Positions 51,544 through 60,476 of a stretch of 64,000 bases of DNA are shown piece after piece (within the stretch, counting starts at the first letter, position 1; every line of letters begins with the position of its first letter). The translations under genes and the position numbers were made by a program. The DNA is from Alphaproteobacteria bacterium. Its GTDB lineage: Bacteria > Pseudomonadota > Alphaproteobacteria > MPNO01. Location: contig CBDFLJ010000001.1 in NCBI GenBank assembly GCA_965248835.1, positions 1,664,001 to 1,728,000 on the forward strand, read 5' to 3'. The notes beneath the pieces were generated by a model. It was not told the DNA's origin and ran no database searches. It saw only the letters and a list, made by a program, of their open reading frames with translations.

Positions 51544-53034
51544 ATGAATGGTTGGTGTGCCAAGCTCGCTCATTGCACTTCCGCTTTCTTGGTCATTGCG
51601 CTTTTCTTCGTCGGTGGGATCTATGATGGGTTCACCATATATTTCTTGAAACTTTTCACGTACTGTCTCTTCCTCCCGGACCCAATCAAACACCGGCCAT
51701 TCGCGGAAATCCGACTTCTTGACCGAGTCTGCCTGAGCTACCCTGGGCATAAGTTCTAAGACGCGTTCGATATTCCCCCGTACGGCCGCGACGCAAATCT
51801 GAAAATCATCTGTTGCCGCTGACCAATCAACCTCCTCTATTACTTCTCTAGCCTTTTCGTCATTTTTCATCTTCTTATAGGCATTTGCCAAATTGACCGT
51901 CATCATCTTTTTGATGCGGTCCGAAGCACTCGGCGTCTGTTTGAACAATGCCAAATCCAGAAGCCTTGCGGCGACGCGAGATTGTCCATCTTTGATCAAT
52001 TCGTAAGTGCGACCATTGAGGCTCTCGTAAGCTGTTTCTCTACTATCCTTGAAGTGCTTTAGCCACAGCACGAACATTAAAGACAAACCAAATTCTAACA
52101 AGCGATCAGACGATCTCCTTAGATAACGCTCATCCAACGAAAGCCTCTCACCATCTTGATTCTCACCCACCTGGAATCCATGTTTGTTGCAGTTTTTGAT
52201 ATAGTGAGTGTTAATAACATAATTGCCGTGCGCAATTAGGTTTCTGCGCTCAAATATTTCTATAAATTCACCCCACTCATCATAATTCTTTCTAATACTT
52301 ATATCTAATTTTTCTTCTACGTACTTGATTTGTTCATGATGGTTGCCGCGCATTAATGTCTCTACCTCATCTTCAATTATTTTTCTTATCACGTCATCAA
52401 ACGACGACATATTCAAAACTTCTTTTACACTAATATTCTTGGAAGATTCAATTACTGGATCAGGCTTGCGTCTAAGCATTATCCTGAGAGTGTCTGCTAT
52501 AAAAGAATCAAACGTTGCGACCAGACTTAACAGGATAGCTCCGGGAAGAACTGTTACGCCCCTGTCAAATTCACGCAAACGCCGGATTTGTGTTTTCACC
52601 GATAGATATTGGTCTACAGTGATTCCGTACGTTTCAAATTGTTGATCTTTATCTACGATCTCAAGGTTCCTGCCCGCGTTTTTGTACATTTCGTTGTGGA
52701 TAAAGTGGGAGCGCAAAGTCGGCATGATGATCATCCCAAACTCCGCCAAGGGTCTATAACTGGACATCGTTTCTTGAAACCGACTCATAAGTTTGGACAA
52801 TTCAACAGAAAGGTCTTGTGGGTATTCTTTGTTTTCCTCATCCGAAACATTCGATTCTGATCCCTCGGTGTCAGAGGCTGGCTCATCATTTGTCGAATCG
52901 CCATCTCCTTGTTCTTTTTTCCATTTTTCGACTTCAGCCTGGCTTGAAACTATGGCCAACGACCGACAGATGTCATGCTCTTGATCCGTCTCGAAACACA
53001 TGTACAGAACGAAACGTTGTTTCTCGTCACCCAT
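51541..53034 (-). CDS. AT-rich hypothetical protein with HEPN-like RxxxxH motif and helical C-terminus; candidate defence RNase
   Basis: About 497 aa from an ATG with GGAG RBS; EIFERRNLIAHG; upstream LSLVATFDSFI helix; composition clearly more AT-rich than the flanks. Confidence 0.7.
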   Translation of the reverse strand: MGDEKQRFVLYMCFETDQEHDICRSLAIVSSQAEVEKWKKEQGDGDSTNDEPASDTEGSESNVSDEENKEYPQDLSVELSKLMSRFQETMSSYRPLAEFGMIIMPTLRSHFIHNEMYKNAGRNLEIVDKDQQFETYGITVDQYLSVKTQIRRLREFDRGVTVLPGAILLSLVATFDSFIADTLRIMLRRKPDPVIESSKNISVKEVLNMSSFDDVIRKIIEDEVETLMRGNHHEQIKYVEEKLDISIRKNYDEWGEFIEIFERRNLIAHGNYVINTHYIKNCNKHGFQVGENQDGERLSLDERYLRRSSDRLLEFGLSLMFVLWLKHFKDSRETAYESLNGRTYELIKDGQSRVAARLLDLALFKQTPSASDRIKKMMTVNLANAYKKMKNDEKAREVIEEVDWSAATDDFQICVAAVRGNIERVLELMPRVAQADSVKKSDFREWPVFDWVREEETVREKFQEIYGEPIIDPTDEEKRNDQESGSAMSELGTPTIH

Positions 53035-53061
53035 GTACGTGATCTCCAGAAAATTGAACAC

Positions 53062-53811
53062 CTAGCCTGGATTATTCATCCTGAGCCTGATATTGGGTTA
53101 GCGAACATGACATAATACTTTGTTCTCGTGGAGAAAAACCTTGTCGGAGCGTCTTTCTTCCCAAACAACGAGAACGCCACGCCCGCCATGACCGACGATA
53201 GCCTTCTTCCCTTCGATCTGCCAGCCGTCCGGCGCAAGAAGGTGACAGCAGCCTTCGATGGCTGCTTAATGTCGTCAGACGGCGGCCTGGTGCTGCTGCG
53301 CGAGGCGGAACGCCGCTCGTCCTGGCCGAGGCGCTGGCCGGGTGCAACCGGGTTCGGCTCGACCCGGCGCTGATCAGCCATACACAGGCCGAGATCATGC
53401 ACTTTCGCATGTTCGTGGTCGCCTGCGGCTACGAGGACGACGACGATTGCGACAGCTTGCGGTCGGACCCTCTGTTCAAGCTTGCGGTGGTACGGCCGCC
53501 GGAAAGCGGCCACGAGTTGTGCTCGCAGCCGAGCATGAGCCGGCTTGAGAACATGTCGTCTCGTATCGAGACGGCGCGCATGTTCAAGATCGGCGCCCGC
53601 GTTGTCGAAAAGGCCGCTGGCATCCGTATCCACATCGCCACAGCCTGCCCAGACGCCGCCCTCTTCCGCATGTTGGCAGGCTGCCTCGCAACCGCTGGCC
53701 CCTGAAACCCAGGGGCCGCGTGTCCCTTCGAATCCGACGATCTTCCACCCCAAACGTCTGACAAGACAAAACCCGAGAACAGACACCCAACGGCGTCAGG
53801 CACCCGCTCGC
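53062..53811 (+). mobile_element. Degenerate IS1380-family element: IRL present, transposase frameshifted and internally deleted, IRR lost
   Basis: IRL CTAGCCTGGATTATTCATCCT; ORF from 53188 MTDDSLLPFDLPAV.RKKV.AAFDG...SSDGG, ACGYED.DD...LR.DP.FK, SQP.MSRLEN joined directly to the C-terminal KIGARV...ACP. Confidence 0.85.
53650..53811 (+). repeat. Imperfect direct repeat of about 160 bp, copy 2
   Basis: Matches 51334-51492. Confidence 0.85.
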
Positions 53812-53834
53812 GCCGCGGCGGCGATGCGCCGGCC

Positions 53835-54581
53835 TCAGTTCGGGAAGTCAAAATAGGTGTCCGGGTAGGGTTCTTCCCGCAGGGTGAAGTGCCACCATTC
53901 CTGGGCGTAGGGCGCAAAACCGCTCGCGGTCATCAGGCTTTGCAGCAACGCGCGGTTGGCCCGCTGCTGGGGCGAGACCCCGGCGCTGTCCGGCCAGGAG
54001 ATCGGGCCGAAAAAGTCGAACCGGGAACCCATGTCGAGCGCGCGGGTCGACCCGTCCTGGTCTGGATAGACGATGGTGACGTCCACCGTGCTCCCGCGCG
54101 AATGGCTCGACCGGCTGGCGATATAGCCCTCTTCGAACAAATCCTCCTTGGCGACATCGGGGTAGTAGACCGGCTTGGTGCGTTGATCGTCGAGCGCCTT
54201 GCCCCAACGGACGAAGTGATCGACCGCGCGTTGCGGCCGGTAGGCATCGAAGAGCTTGAGCCCGAGACCGAACGGACGCAGCCTGTCCTGGACCTCCGCA
54301 AGCGCCGCCGCGGCCGGGGCCGACAGGATCGCATGGGCATGCCGGTATCCGTCGATCGGCCGGCCGACGAAGTTGTCGCCGGTGAGGTAGCGCAGATCGA
54401 CCACCAGGTCCGGGATCGCCTGGTCGAGATAGACGAAGCCGTCCGGCAGGGGATGGCGGTCCGAAGCGGCGCCGACCGCCGCGACGGCCGCGACCAGCGA
54501 CGCGGCAAAGACGGCAAAGAGGGTCTTCAGAGCTTTCTTCGTCACGGTCGTGGGACCCTGTCCGGCTTTCAACCGCGCCAT
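53835..54581 (-). CDS. ddpX: D-alanyl-D-alanine dipeptidase (peptidase M15)
   Basis: DLRY...NFVG, DAYRP, SSHSRG..VD, DMG..FD, EWWHF; signal peptide; start may instead be GTG at 54545. Confidence 0.9.
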   Translation of the reverse strand: MARLKAGQGPTTVTKKALKTLFAVFAASLVAAVAAVGAASDRHPLPDGFVYLDQAIPDLVVDLRYLTGDNFVGRPIDGYRHAHAILSAPAAAALAEVQDRLRPFGLGLKLFDAYRPQRAVDHFVRWGKALDDQRTKPVYYPDVAKEDLFEEGYIASRSSHSRGSTVDVTIVYPDQDGSTRALDMGSRFDFFGPISWPDSAGVSPQQRANRALLQSLMTASGFAPYAQEWWHFTLREEPYPDTYFDFPN

Positions 54582-54710
54582 GTTCGCGCCCACTGTAGCG
54601 TCCGGCCCCAGGCCCGTCATCGCAGCACGGCGCGCCTGCGGGTTCAATGCATTGCCCGCGCGCGGCGAGTCGGGCACCATCGGGCCGATCGAGACCGGGA
54701 GGCCCAGCCG

Positions 54711-55484
54711 ATGCCAGAAGGAACCATGATTGCCGCGCGCGAGTCCGACGTCTCCGAAGCCGAGTGGGAGACCCGCGTCAACCTTGCCGCCGCGTTCCGC
54801 ATCGCCCATCACCTGGGCTGGAACAACACCATCCGCAACCACATCACCGCCCGGGTGCCCGACGCGCCCGATGCGTTCCTGATGAACCCGATGGGGCTGG
54901 GCTGGCACGAGGTGACGGCCTCCTCGCTCTTGAAGATCGCCTTGGACGGCACCGTGCTGACGCCTGCCGCGCTCGCGCCCGCGCCGGCCGGGCTCAATTT
55001 CCATTCGGCGATCCTGCGGGCAAAGCCGGGCCTTGCCTGCACGCTCCATGTCCACCCGCTGGACGGTGTCGTGGTCTCGGCGACCCGGCAGGGGCTGATC
55101 CATGTCGACCAGGGCGGCTGCTCGCTCTACGGCGAAGTGGCCTATCACGACTTCGAAGGCATCGCCCAGGAAGAGGACGAGGGCCCCAGGATCGTCGCCG
55201 ATCTCGGCGACAAGCAAGCGATGATCATGTGGAATCACGGCCTGCTGAGCGTCGGCCGAACGATCGGCGAAGCGTTCTCGACCATGGTCCGGCTGACCAC
55301 GGCATGCACGCTCCAGGTCAAGCTGATGGCCGCCGGCGCCGATATCCGGCACCTGCCGGAGGACATCGTCAAACACACCCACGCCCAGATGGCGGCCCGC
55401 CGGGGCAACAAGCCCGAAGGGGAGCTCGACTGGCAGATGTACCTGCGCCTGGCCGATCAGCTCGATCCCGGCTTCCGGACCTGA
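54711..55484 (+). CDS. Class II aldolase/adducin family protein
   Basis: RVNLAAAFR, NHITAR, FLMNP.G, FHSAI, LHVH, NHGLL. Confidence 0.9.
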   Translation: MPEGTMIAARESDVSEAEWETRVNLAAAFRIAHHLGWNNTIRNHITARVPDAPDAFLMNPMGLGWHEVTASSLLKIALDGTVLTPAALAPAPAGLNFHSAILRAKPGLACTLHVHPLDGVVVSATRQGLIHVDQGGCSLYGEVAYHDFEGIAQEEDEGPRIVADLGDKQAMIMWNHGLLSVGRTIGEAFSTMVRLTTACTLQVKLMAAGADIRHLPEDIVKHTHAQMAARRGNKPEGELDWQMYLRLADQLDPGFRT

Positions 55485-55512
55485 TCGACGCCCGGCCGCG
55501 CCGGCGCGCGCC

Positions 55513-56685
55513 TCAGCCGCGGAAAACCGGTGAGCGCGCGACCCAGACGGCCAGCAGGCCGATCGCGATGATGCCTGTCGCGCCCATCAGGTAGAAGGCG
55601 TTCTCCAGCCCGGCCACCTCGGCGATGGCGCCCATCGCCAGCGGGACCAGCGCCCCGCCAAGCCGGTTGAAGGTGATCCTGAGAGCAGCGACGCGCCCCT
55701 GCAGGTCGGGCCCGACGGCGCGTGCGGCGATCGACATCATCAGTGGCAGGTTGATCCCCTGGCCGACGCCGCGCAGCGCGATCGCAACGATCAGCAGCGC
55801 GTAGGTGCCGAGCAGCGGTGTGATGGCGATGGCGGCGATCGCGACCACGATCATCGCGATCAGCAGCCAGTGGTCGGCAATCAGGCCGGTGAGCCTTCCC
55901 AGGCTGAGCGCGGAGAGCGCCGCGGCCGCGCTCGAGATGCCGATCAGGAACCCGATCGTGCCGGCCTCGAAGCCGATCTCCTTCAGCCACACGCCGTAGA
56001 ACGACGCCTGGATGCCGGTCCCGGTCTGGCGCACGAAAGTCGCCAGGATCACCAGCGCCACCGCCGGCAGGATCAGGAGCCGGAAAGCGCTGGCGTAGTC
56101 CGACAGCCTGGGCATCAGGCTGGCGGTCCGCGCGGCGGGCGCCTCGGCCGCCGGTGCCTCCGCCTGCGCCGGCAGGGGCTCGGTTCGCGGCAGGAACATC
56201 ACCGCGCCGGCGCCCGCCAGCACCCATAGCGCCAGCATGGCGAACGCGCCGGCGGGTCCGACGAACTGCCAGACCAGGCCGACCATCCAGGGGCCGATGA
56301 ACCCGCCGGTCCGCGCCGCCGCGGTCAGCCGCCCGGCGTAGAGCGCCCGGCCGCGCAGCACCCGACCGAACATCGCCTGGGCGCCGATCCAGTTGGTAGT
56401 CTCCGCGAAGCCCGAGATCATCTGCAGCGCGACCGCCGCCCAGAGGAACGGCATCGCCGGGAACAACGCAAACGAGACCGCTGCGGTGACCGCCAGCAGC
56501 ACCATCACCCGGTGCGGCCGCCCGCGGTCGAGCAGCGCCCCGCCATAGATCGACAGCGTGACCACCAGGAACTGGCGGGACGCGATGACCAGCCCGATCA
56601 GGAACGGCGAGTCGGTCAGCTCCAGCGCCCACAGCGGCATCACGACGGAGGCCATCGGCATGATGTTGCCGTAACAGAACGCCAA
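55513..56685 (-). CDS. MFS transporter (start uncertain)
   Basis: Multiple transmembrane segments, GGALLDRGRP loop, QGRVAALR; no ATG/GTG before the first helix (TTG at 56685 used). Confidence 0.75.
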   Translation of the reverse strand: MAFCYGNIMPMASVVMPLWALELTDSPFLIGLVIASRQFLVVTLSIYGGALLDRGRPHRVMVLLAVTAAVSFALFPAMPFLWAAVALQMISGFAETTNWIGAQAMFGRVLRGRALYAGRLTAAARTGGFIGPWMVGLVWQFVGPAGAFAMLALWVLAGAGAVMFLPRTEPLPAQAEAPAAEAPAARTASLMPRLSDYASAFRLLILPAVALVILATFVRQTGTGIQASFYGVWLKEIGFEAGTIGFLIGISSAAAALSALSLGRLTGLIADHWLLIAMIVVAIAAIAITPLLGTYALLIVAIALRGVGQGINLPLMMSIAARAVGPDLQGRVAALRITFNRLGGALVPLAMGAIAEVAGLENAFYLMGATGIIAIGLLAVWVARSPVFRG

Positions 56686-56755
56686 GGCGTAGACCGGCGC
56701 CTGGATGCGACCCGATATCGGCTGCGGGGCGGCGCCGGTCGGGTCGGAAGATCCT

Positions 56756-58165
56756 CTAGAAGAACTGGAGATAGCGCTCGCGCTCCCAATCGGAGACGTG
56801 GTTGAGGTAGCCGAGCCATTCCTGGCGCTTGTAGGCGAGCCAGGCATCGTACATCGCCTCGCCGAAGACCGCCTTGGCCAGCGGGTCGGCTTCGAATTCA
56901 TCCAGCGCCTCGGCGAGCGTGCGGGGCAGCATCTCGATGCCGGCGGCGGCGAGCTCCTGCGGGGTCTTCTCGTACATGTTGTCCGCGTGCGGCGCGCCGG
57001 GATCGAGGTCCTCCTCGATCCCGGCCAAGCCCGCGGCCAGCACCATCGCCGCACCGAGATAGGGGTTGCACATCGGGTCGGTCGCGCGCAGTTCGACCCG
57101 ATCGCCGGACAGCGGGATGCGGAGCGTGTTGGTCCGGTTATTGCCGCCATAGCAGCGGAACACCGGCGCCCAGGTATAGCCCGACATCGAGCCTTGGAGG
57201 ATCAGCCGCTTGTAGCTGTTCACGCTGGGAGCCGCCACCGCGACGATCGCCGGCAGGTGGCGCAACAGGCCGGCGATGAACTTGTAGCCCAGCTCCGACA
57301 TACCGCAGCCGCGCGGATCGGCCGGATCGCCGAACAGGTTGCGCCCGTCTTCGATGGCGTACACCGACATGTTGTAGTGTGAGCCGCTGCCCGAGTAGTT
57401 CATCATCGGCTTGGGCATGAAGCTCGCGAAATAGCCGTGCGTGCGGGCGATCTCGTCGGCCAGACGGCGGAAGAAGACGAACCGGTCGGCCATCACCAGC
57501 GCATCGGCATAGGCGAAGTCGACCTCGAACTGGCCGATTCCGTCCTCGTGGTCGAAGGAAAAGACATCCCAGCCGCAGCCGTTCATCGCCTCGACCAGCT
57601 CGCCCATCCAATGCAGGTTGTCGAGCAGGCGCGAGACGTCGTAGGCCGGCTTGGCGAGATGGACCTTGCTGCTGACCGGAGAGAAGCCGCCGTCCTCGTC
57701 CTGGGCGAAGACGAAGAACTCCGCTTCCATGCCGAGATTCATCCCGAAGCCGGCCGCGGCGGCGCGCGCGCGGACCCGCTCCAGGATGTTGCGGCTGCAC
57801 GCCTCGAACGGCGCGCCTCGGCACATCAGGTTGGAGGCGAACCAGGCGACATCGGGCTGCCAGGGCAGGATCAGGCAAGACCGGGGATCGGGGTGGGAGG
57901 CGACCTCCTCCTCGCTGACGTCCTGGGGGACGCCGTCGAGCGCGGCCCCGGTGAACAGCTCCGAGCCCGCCATCATCTGGTCGAAATGGCTGATCGGCAC
58001 CATCTTCGCCTTGGAGGCGCCGTGCATGTCGACATAGCTCGGCAGCAGGAACCGGACCCCGCGCTCGGCAAGCTCGGCCGCAAGCGCTGCCCTGTCGCCG
58101 TCTTCGGCCGCCGCTGGTCGGAAGGGAAGGGCGCCCCCGGCGCCTGAGGCTGTCGTCGTGTTCAC
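56756..58165 (-). CDS. Glutamine synthetase-like ligase (GlnT/gamma-glutamylamide synthetase type)
   Basis: D.HG..KAKM, GMEAEF, DHEDG.GQFE, FMPKP, GSGSH, NSYKR, NNRT, ELR..D..CNPYL; AGGAGG RBS before GTG. Confidence 0.87.
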   Translation of the reverse strand: MNTTTASGAGGALPFRPAAAEDGDRAALAAELAERGVRFLLPSYVDMHGASKAKMVPISHFDQMMAGSELFTGAALDGVPQDVSEEEVASHPDPRSCLILPWQPDVAWFASNLMCRGAPFEACSRNILERVRARAAAAGFGMNLGMEAEFFVFAQDEDGGFSPVSSKVHLAKPAYDVSRLLDNLHWMGELVEAMNGCGWDVFSFDHEDGIGQFEVDFAYADALVMADRFVFFRRLADEIARTHGYFASFMPKPMMNYSGSGSHYNMSVYAIEDGRNLFGDPADPRGCGMSELGYKFIAGLLRHLPAIVAVAAPSVNSYKRLILQGSMSGYTWAPVFRCYGGNNRTNTLRIPLSGDRVELRATDPMCNPYLGAAMVLAAGLAGIEEDLDPGAPHADNMYEKTPQELAAAGIEMLPRTLAEALDEFEADPLAKAVFGEAMYDAWLAYKRQEWLGYLNHVSDWERERYLQFF

Positions 58166-58180
58166 CGCGGTTCCTCCTGG

Positions 58181-58240
58181 ATTATTGTTTTGGCATTTCA
58201 AATAATTAGCCTTTCCCGGCCGGTGCAATCAAGCCTTGCT
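58181..58240. promoter_or_regulatory. Divergent promoter region with AT-rich inverted repeat
   Basis: ATTATT-N14-AATAAT (58181-58206) and TGCA-N9-TGCT (58224-58240) between the divergent GS-like and Rieske genes. Confidence 0.3.
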
Positions 58241-58305
58241 TCGCGCCCGTGCGGGCGGCACGATTGCGCTGCGGGCCACGGCCCACGGCAAAGCGGAGGC
58301 GGACG

Positions 58306-59337
58306 ATGTATTTGAACCGGGCATGGTATGTCGCGGCGTGGGACCACGAGATCACCCGCACGCCGCTGCCGCGGATGCTGCTGGAGCGTCCCATCGTCTT
58401 CTGGCGGACCGGGGACGGACGCGCCGTGGCGATGGACGACCGTTGCTGCCACCGCCACGCGCCGCTTTCCGCCGGCAGCGTGATCGGCGATACCATCCGA
58501 TGCGGCTATCACGGCCTGGTGTTCGATGCGGCCGGCCAGTGCGTCGAGGTGCCGAGCCAGACGCGCATCCCGCCGGGCGCGCGGGTCCGCAGCTATCCGC
58601 TGGTCGAGAAGAACCGCTGGGTCTGGATCTGGATGGGCGAGGCCGAGTTGGCCGACGAAAGCCTGATCCCGGACATCTACTGGCACGATTCGCCGGACTG
58701 GGCGGCGGTCGGCGACCGTTACCACGTCAAGTGCAACTACCAGGCTCTGGTGGACATCCAGCTCGACAACACCCATTCGCGCTTCGTCCACCCGACCACG
58801 CTGGGCAACGCGGGCTCGCTGCGCCACGACCCGAAGGTCGAGCGCGACGGCGAACTGCTCCACAACGCCCGGCGCATGCGCGACAGCGATCCGCCGCCGC
58901 TGATCGCCGAGGCGGCCGGCTTCGAAGGCAACGGCGACGTCTGGGTGACCTGGACCTATCGTCCGCGCGCCGGGCTGATCACCTTCGATTCCGGCATCGC
59001 CCCGCTCGGCAGCGCTGTCTTCGAGGGAGACCGCAGCCAGGCCTTCAACATCTTCAACAGCCACGGGATCACGCCGGAGACCGCGGACACCTGCCACCAT
59101 TTCTGGATGTCGGCGAGGGACTTCGCGCTCGACGACGCGGCGGTGACCGAAACGCTGGCGGCGATCCGCGACACGTTCCTGGAGGACGTCGCGATGGTCG
59201 AGGCCCAGCAGCGCTCGATCGCGACCGACCCCGATGCGCCTTCGATCGACGTCAACGCCGATCAGCCGACGATCCAGGCCCGCAGCCTGATGGACCGGCT
59301 GATCCGGATGCAGACCGGCCTGGCCGCGACCGGTTGA
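58306..59337 (+). CDS. Rieske non-heme iron oxygenase alpha subunit (VanA-like)
   Basis: WYVAAW, CCHR...CGYHG Rieske site, D.THS.FVH mononuclear Fe site, EDVAMVEAQQ. Confidence 0.92.
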   Translation: MYLNRAWYVAAWDHEITRTPLPRMLLERPIVFWRTGDGRAVAMDDRCCHRHAPLSAGSVIGDTIRCGYHGLVFDAAGQCVEVPSQTRIPPGARVRSYPLVEKNRWVWIWMGEAELADESLIPDIYWHDSPDWAAVGDRYHVKCNYQALVDIQLDNTHSRFVHPTTLGNAGSLRHDPKVERDGELLHNARRMRDSDPPPLIAEAAGFEGNGDVWVTWTYRPRAGLITFDSGIAPLGSAVFEGDRSQAFNIFNSHGITPETADTCHHFWMSARDFALDDAAVTETLAAIRDTFLEDVAMVEAQQRSIATDPDAPSIDVNADQPTIQARSLMDRLIRMQTGLAATG

Positions 59338-59349
59338 CGCCGCGGCGTC

Positions 59350-60459
59350 ATGACCGTCCCGCCGCCGCCATACCGCGCCGAACATATCGGCTCGTTGCTG
59401 CGCCCCGAGGCCCTGCGCGAAAGCTTCCGCCTTCTGTCCAGGGGCGAGATCGACCGGTCCGCATTCCGGGCGATCCAGGACGAATGCATCCGCGAGGCCG
59501 TGGCGATGCAGGAGGCGATCGGCTTCCGGGTGGTCTCCGACGGCGAGTTCCGCCGGACCACCTATATCTCCCATTTCGTCGATTCGGTCGACGGGCTCGA
59601 CTTCGCGCCGTCCTCCTTCCGGTTCTACGAGGACGACCGCACCGCACACGAATTCGTCGCGCCGCGGGCCACGGGAAAGCTCAAGCGGGTCAGATCCAAC
59701 GCGGGCGAGGAGTTCGATTTCCTCAACTCGGTGACCGCCAGGATGCCCAAATCGACCCTGCCGTCGCCGGCGACGATGCATTTCCTGGCCGGGGCCGACC
59801 CGCCGCCGGCCGAAATCTACCCGCAGGAGGAAGACTTCTTCGCCGACCTCGCGGCCTGCTACCGCGAGGACATCGCCGATCTCGCCGCGCGCGGCGCCCG
59901 CTACGTCCAGATCGACGACGTCCCGTTCGCGATGCTGTGCGATGCCTCTCTGCGCGCCCAGCTCGCCGCGCGCGGGCGCGATCCCGAAGCCCTGCTGGAG
60001 ATCTATATCGACCTGACCAACGCGGCGCTCGCCGGCCGGCCGCCGGACATGACCGCGGCGCTGCATATCTGCCGCGGCAACCTCAAGGGGACCTGGTTGT
60101 CCGAGGGCGGCTACGACGCGGTCGCGGAGAAGCTGTTCGCACGGCTGGAAGTGGATGCCTTCTTCCTCGAATACGACACCGGGCGGGCCGGCGACTTTTC
60201 GCCGCTGGCCGCGATGCCCGAGGACAAGCACGTCGTCCTGGGGCTGATCAGCAGCAAGGTCCCGCTGCTGGAAGACATCGACGGGCTCGCCGCGAGGATC
60301 GCCGATGCCGCCCGCTACGTCCCGCTGGAGCGGCTTTCGATCAGCCCGCAATGCGGCTTTTCGTCCGCGGTGGTCGGCAACCCGGTCACCCCCGACGACC
60401 AGCGCGCCAAGCTGGCGCTGGTGATCGAGACCGCGCGCCGCGTCTGGGGCGGGCAATAG
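59350..60459 (+). CDS. Single-barrel MetE-family Zn-thiol transferase-like protein
   Basis: HIGSLLRP, DGEFRR, QIDD, LHICRGN, LEYD..R.G.F, LSISPQCGF; no N-terminal folate barrel. Confidence 0.85.
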   Translation: MTVPPPPYRAEHIGSLLRPEALRESFRLLSRGEIDRSAFRAIQDECIREAVAMQEAIGFRVVSDGEFRRTTYISHFVDSVDGLDFAPSSFRFYEDDRTAHEFVAPRATGKLKRVRSNAGEEFDFLNSVTARMPKSTLPSPATMHFLAGADPPPAEIYPQEEDFFADLAACYREDIADLAARGARYVQIDDVPFAMLCDASLRAQLAARGRDPEALLEIYIDLTNAALAGRPPDMTAALHICRGNLKGTWLSEGGYDAVAEKLFARLEVDAFFLEYDTGRAGDFSPLAAMPEDKHVVLGLISSKVPLLEDIDGLAARIADAARYVPLERLSISPQCGFSSAVVGNPVTPDDQRAKLALVIETARRVWGGQ

Positions 60460-60476
60460 ATGCTGCCCCGTGTGCG

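Noticed and set aside
58176-58186. CCTGGATTATT matching the IS1380 left end, as an alternative IS end
   Set aside because: Only 11 bp, in the same orientation as the IRL rather than inverted, and overlapping the GS-like RBS; likely chance.
59350-60459. Canonical metE
   Set aside because: 369 aa, single barrel without the folate-binding half; function left open.
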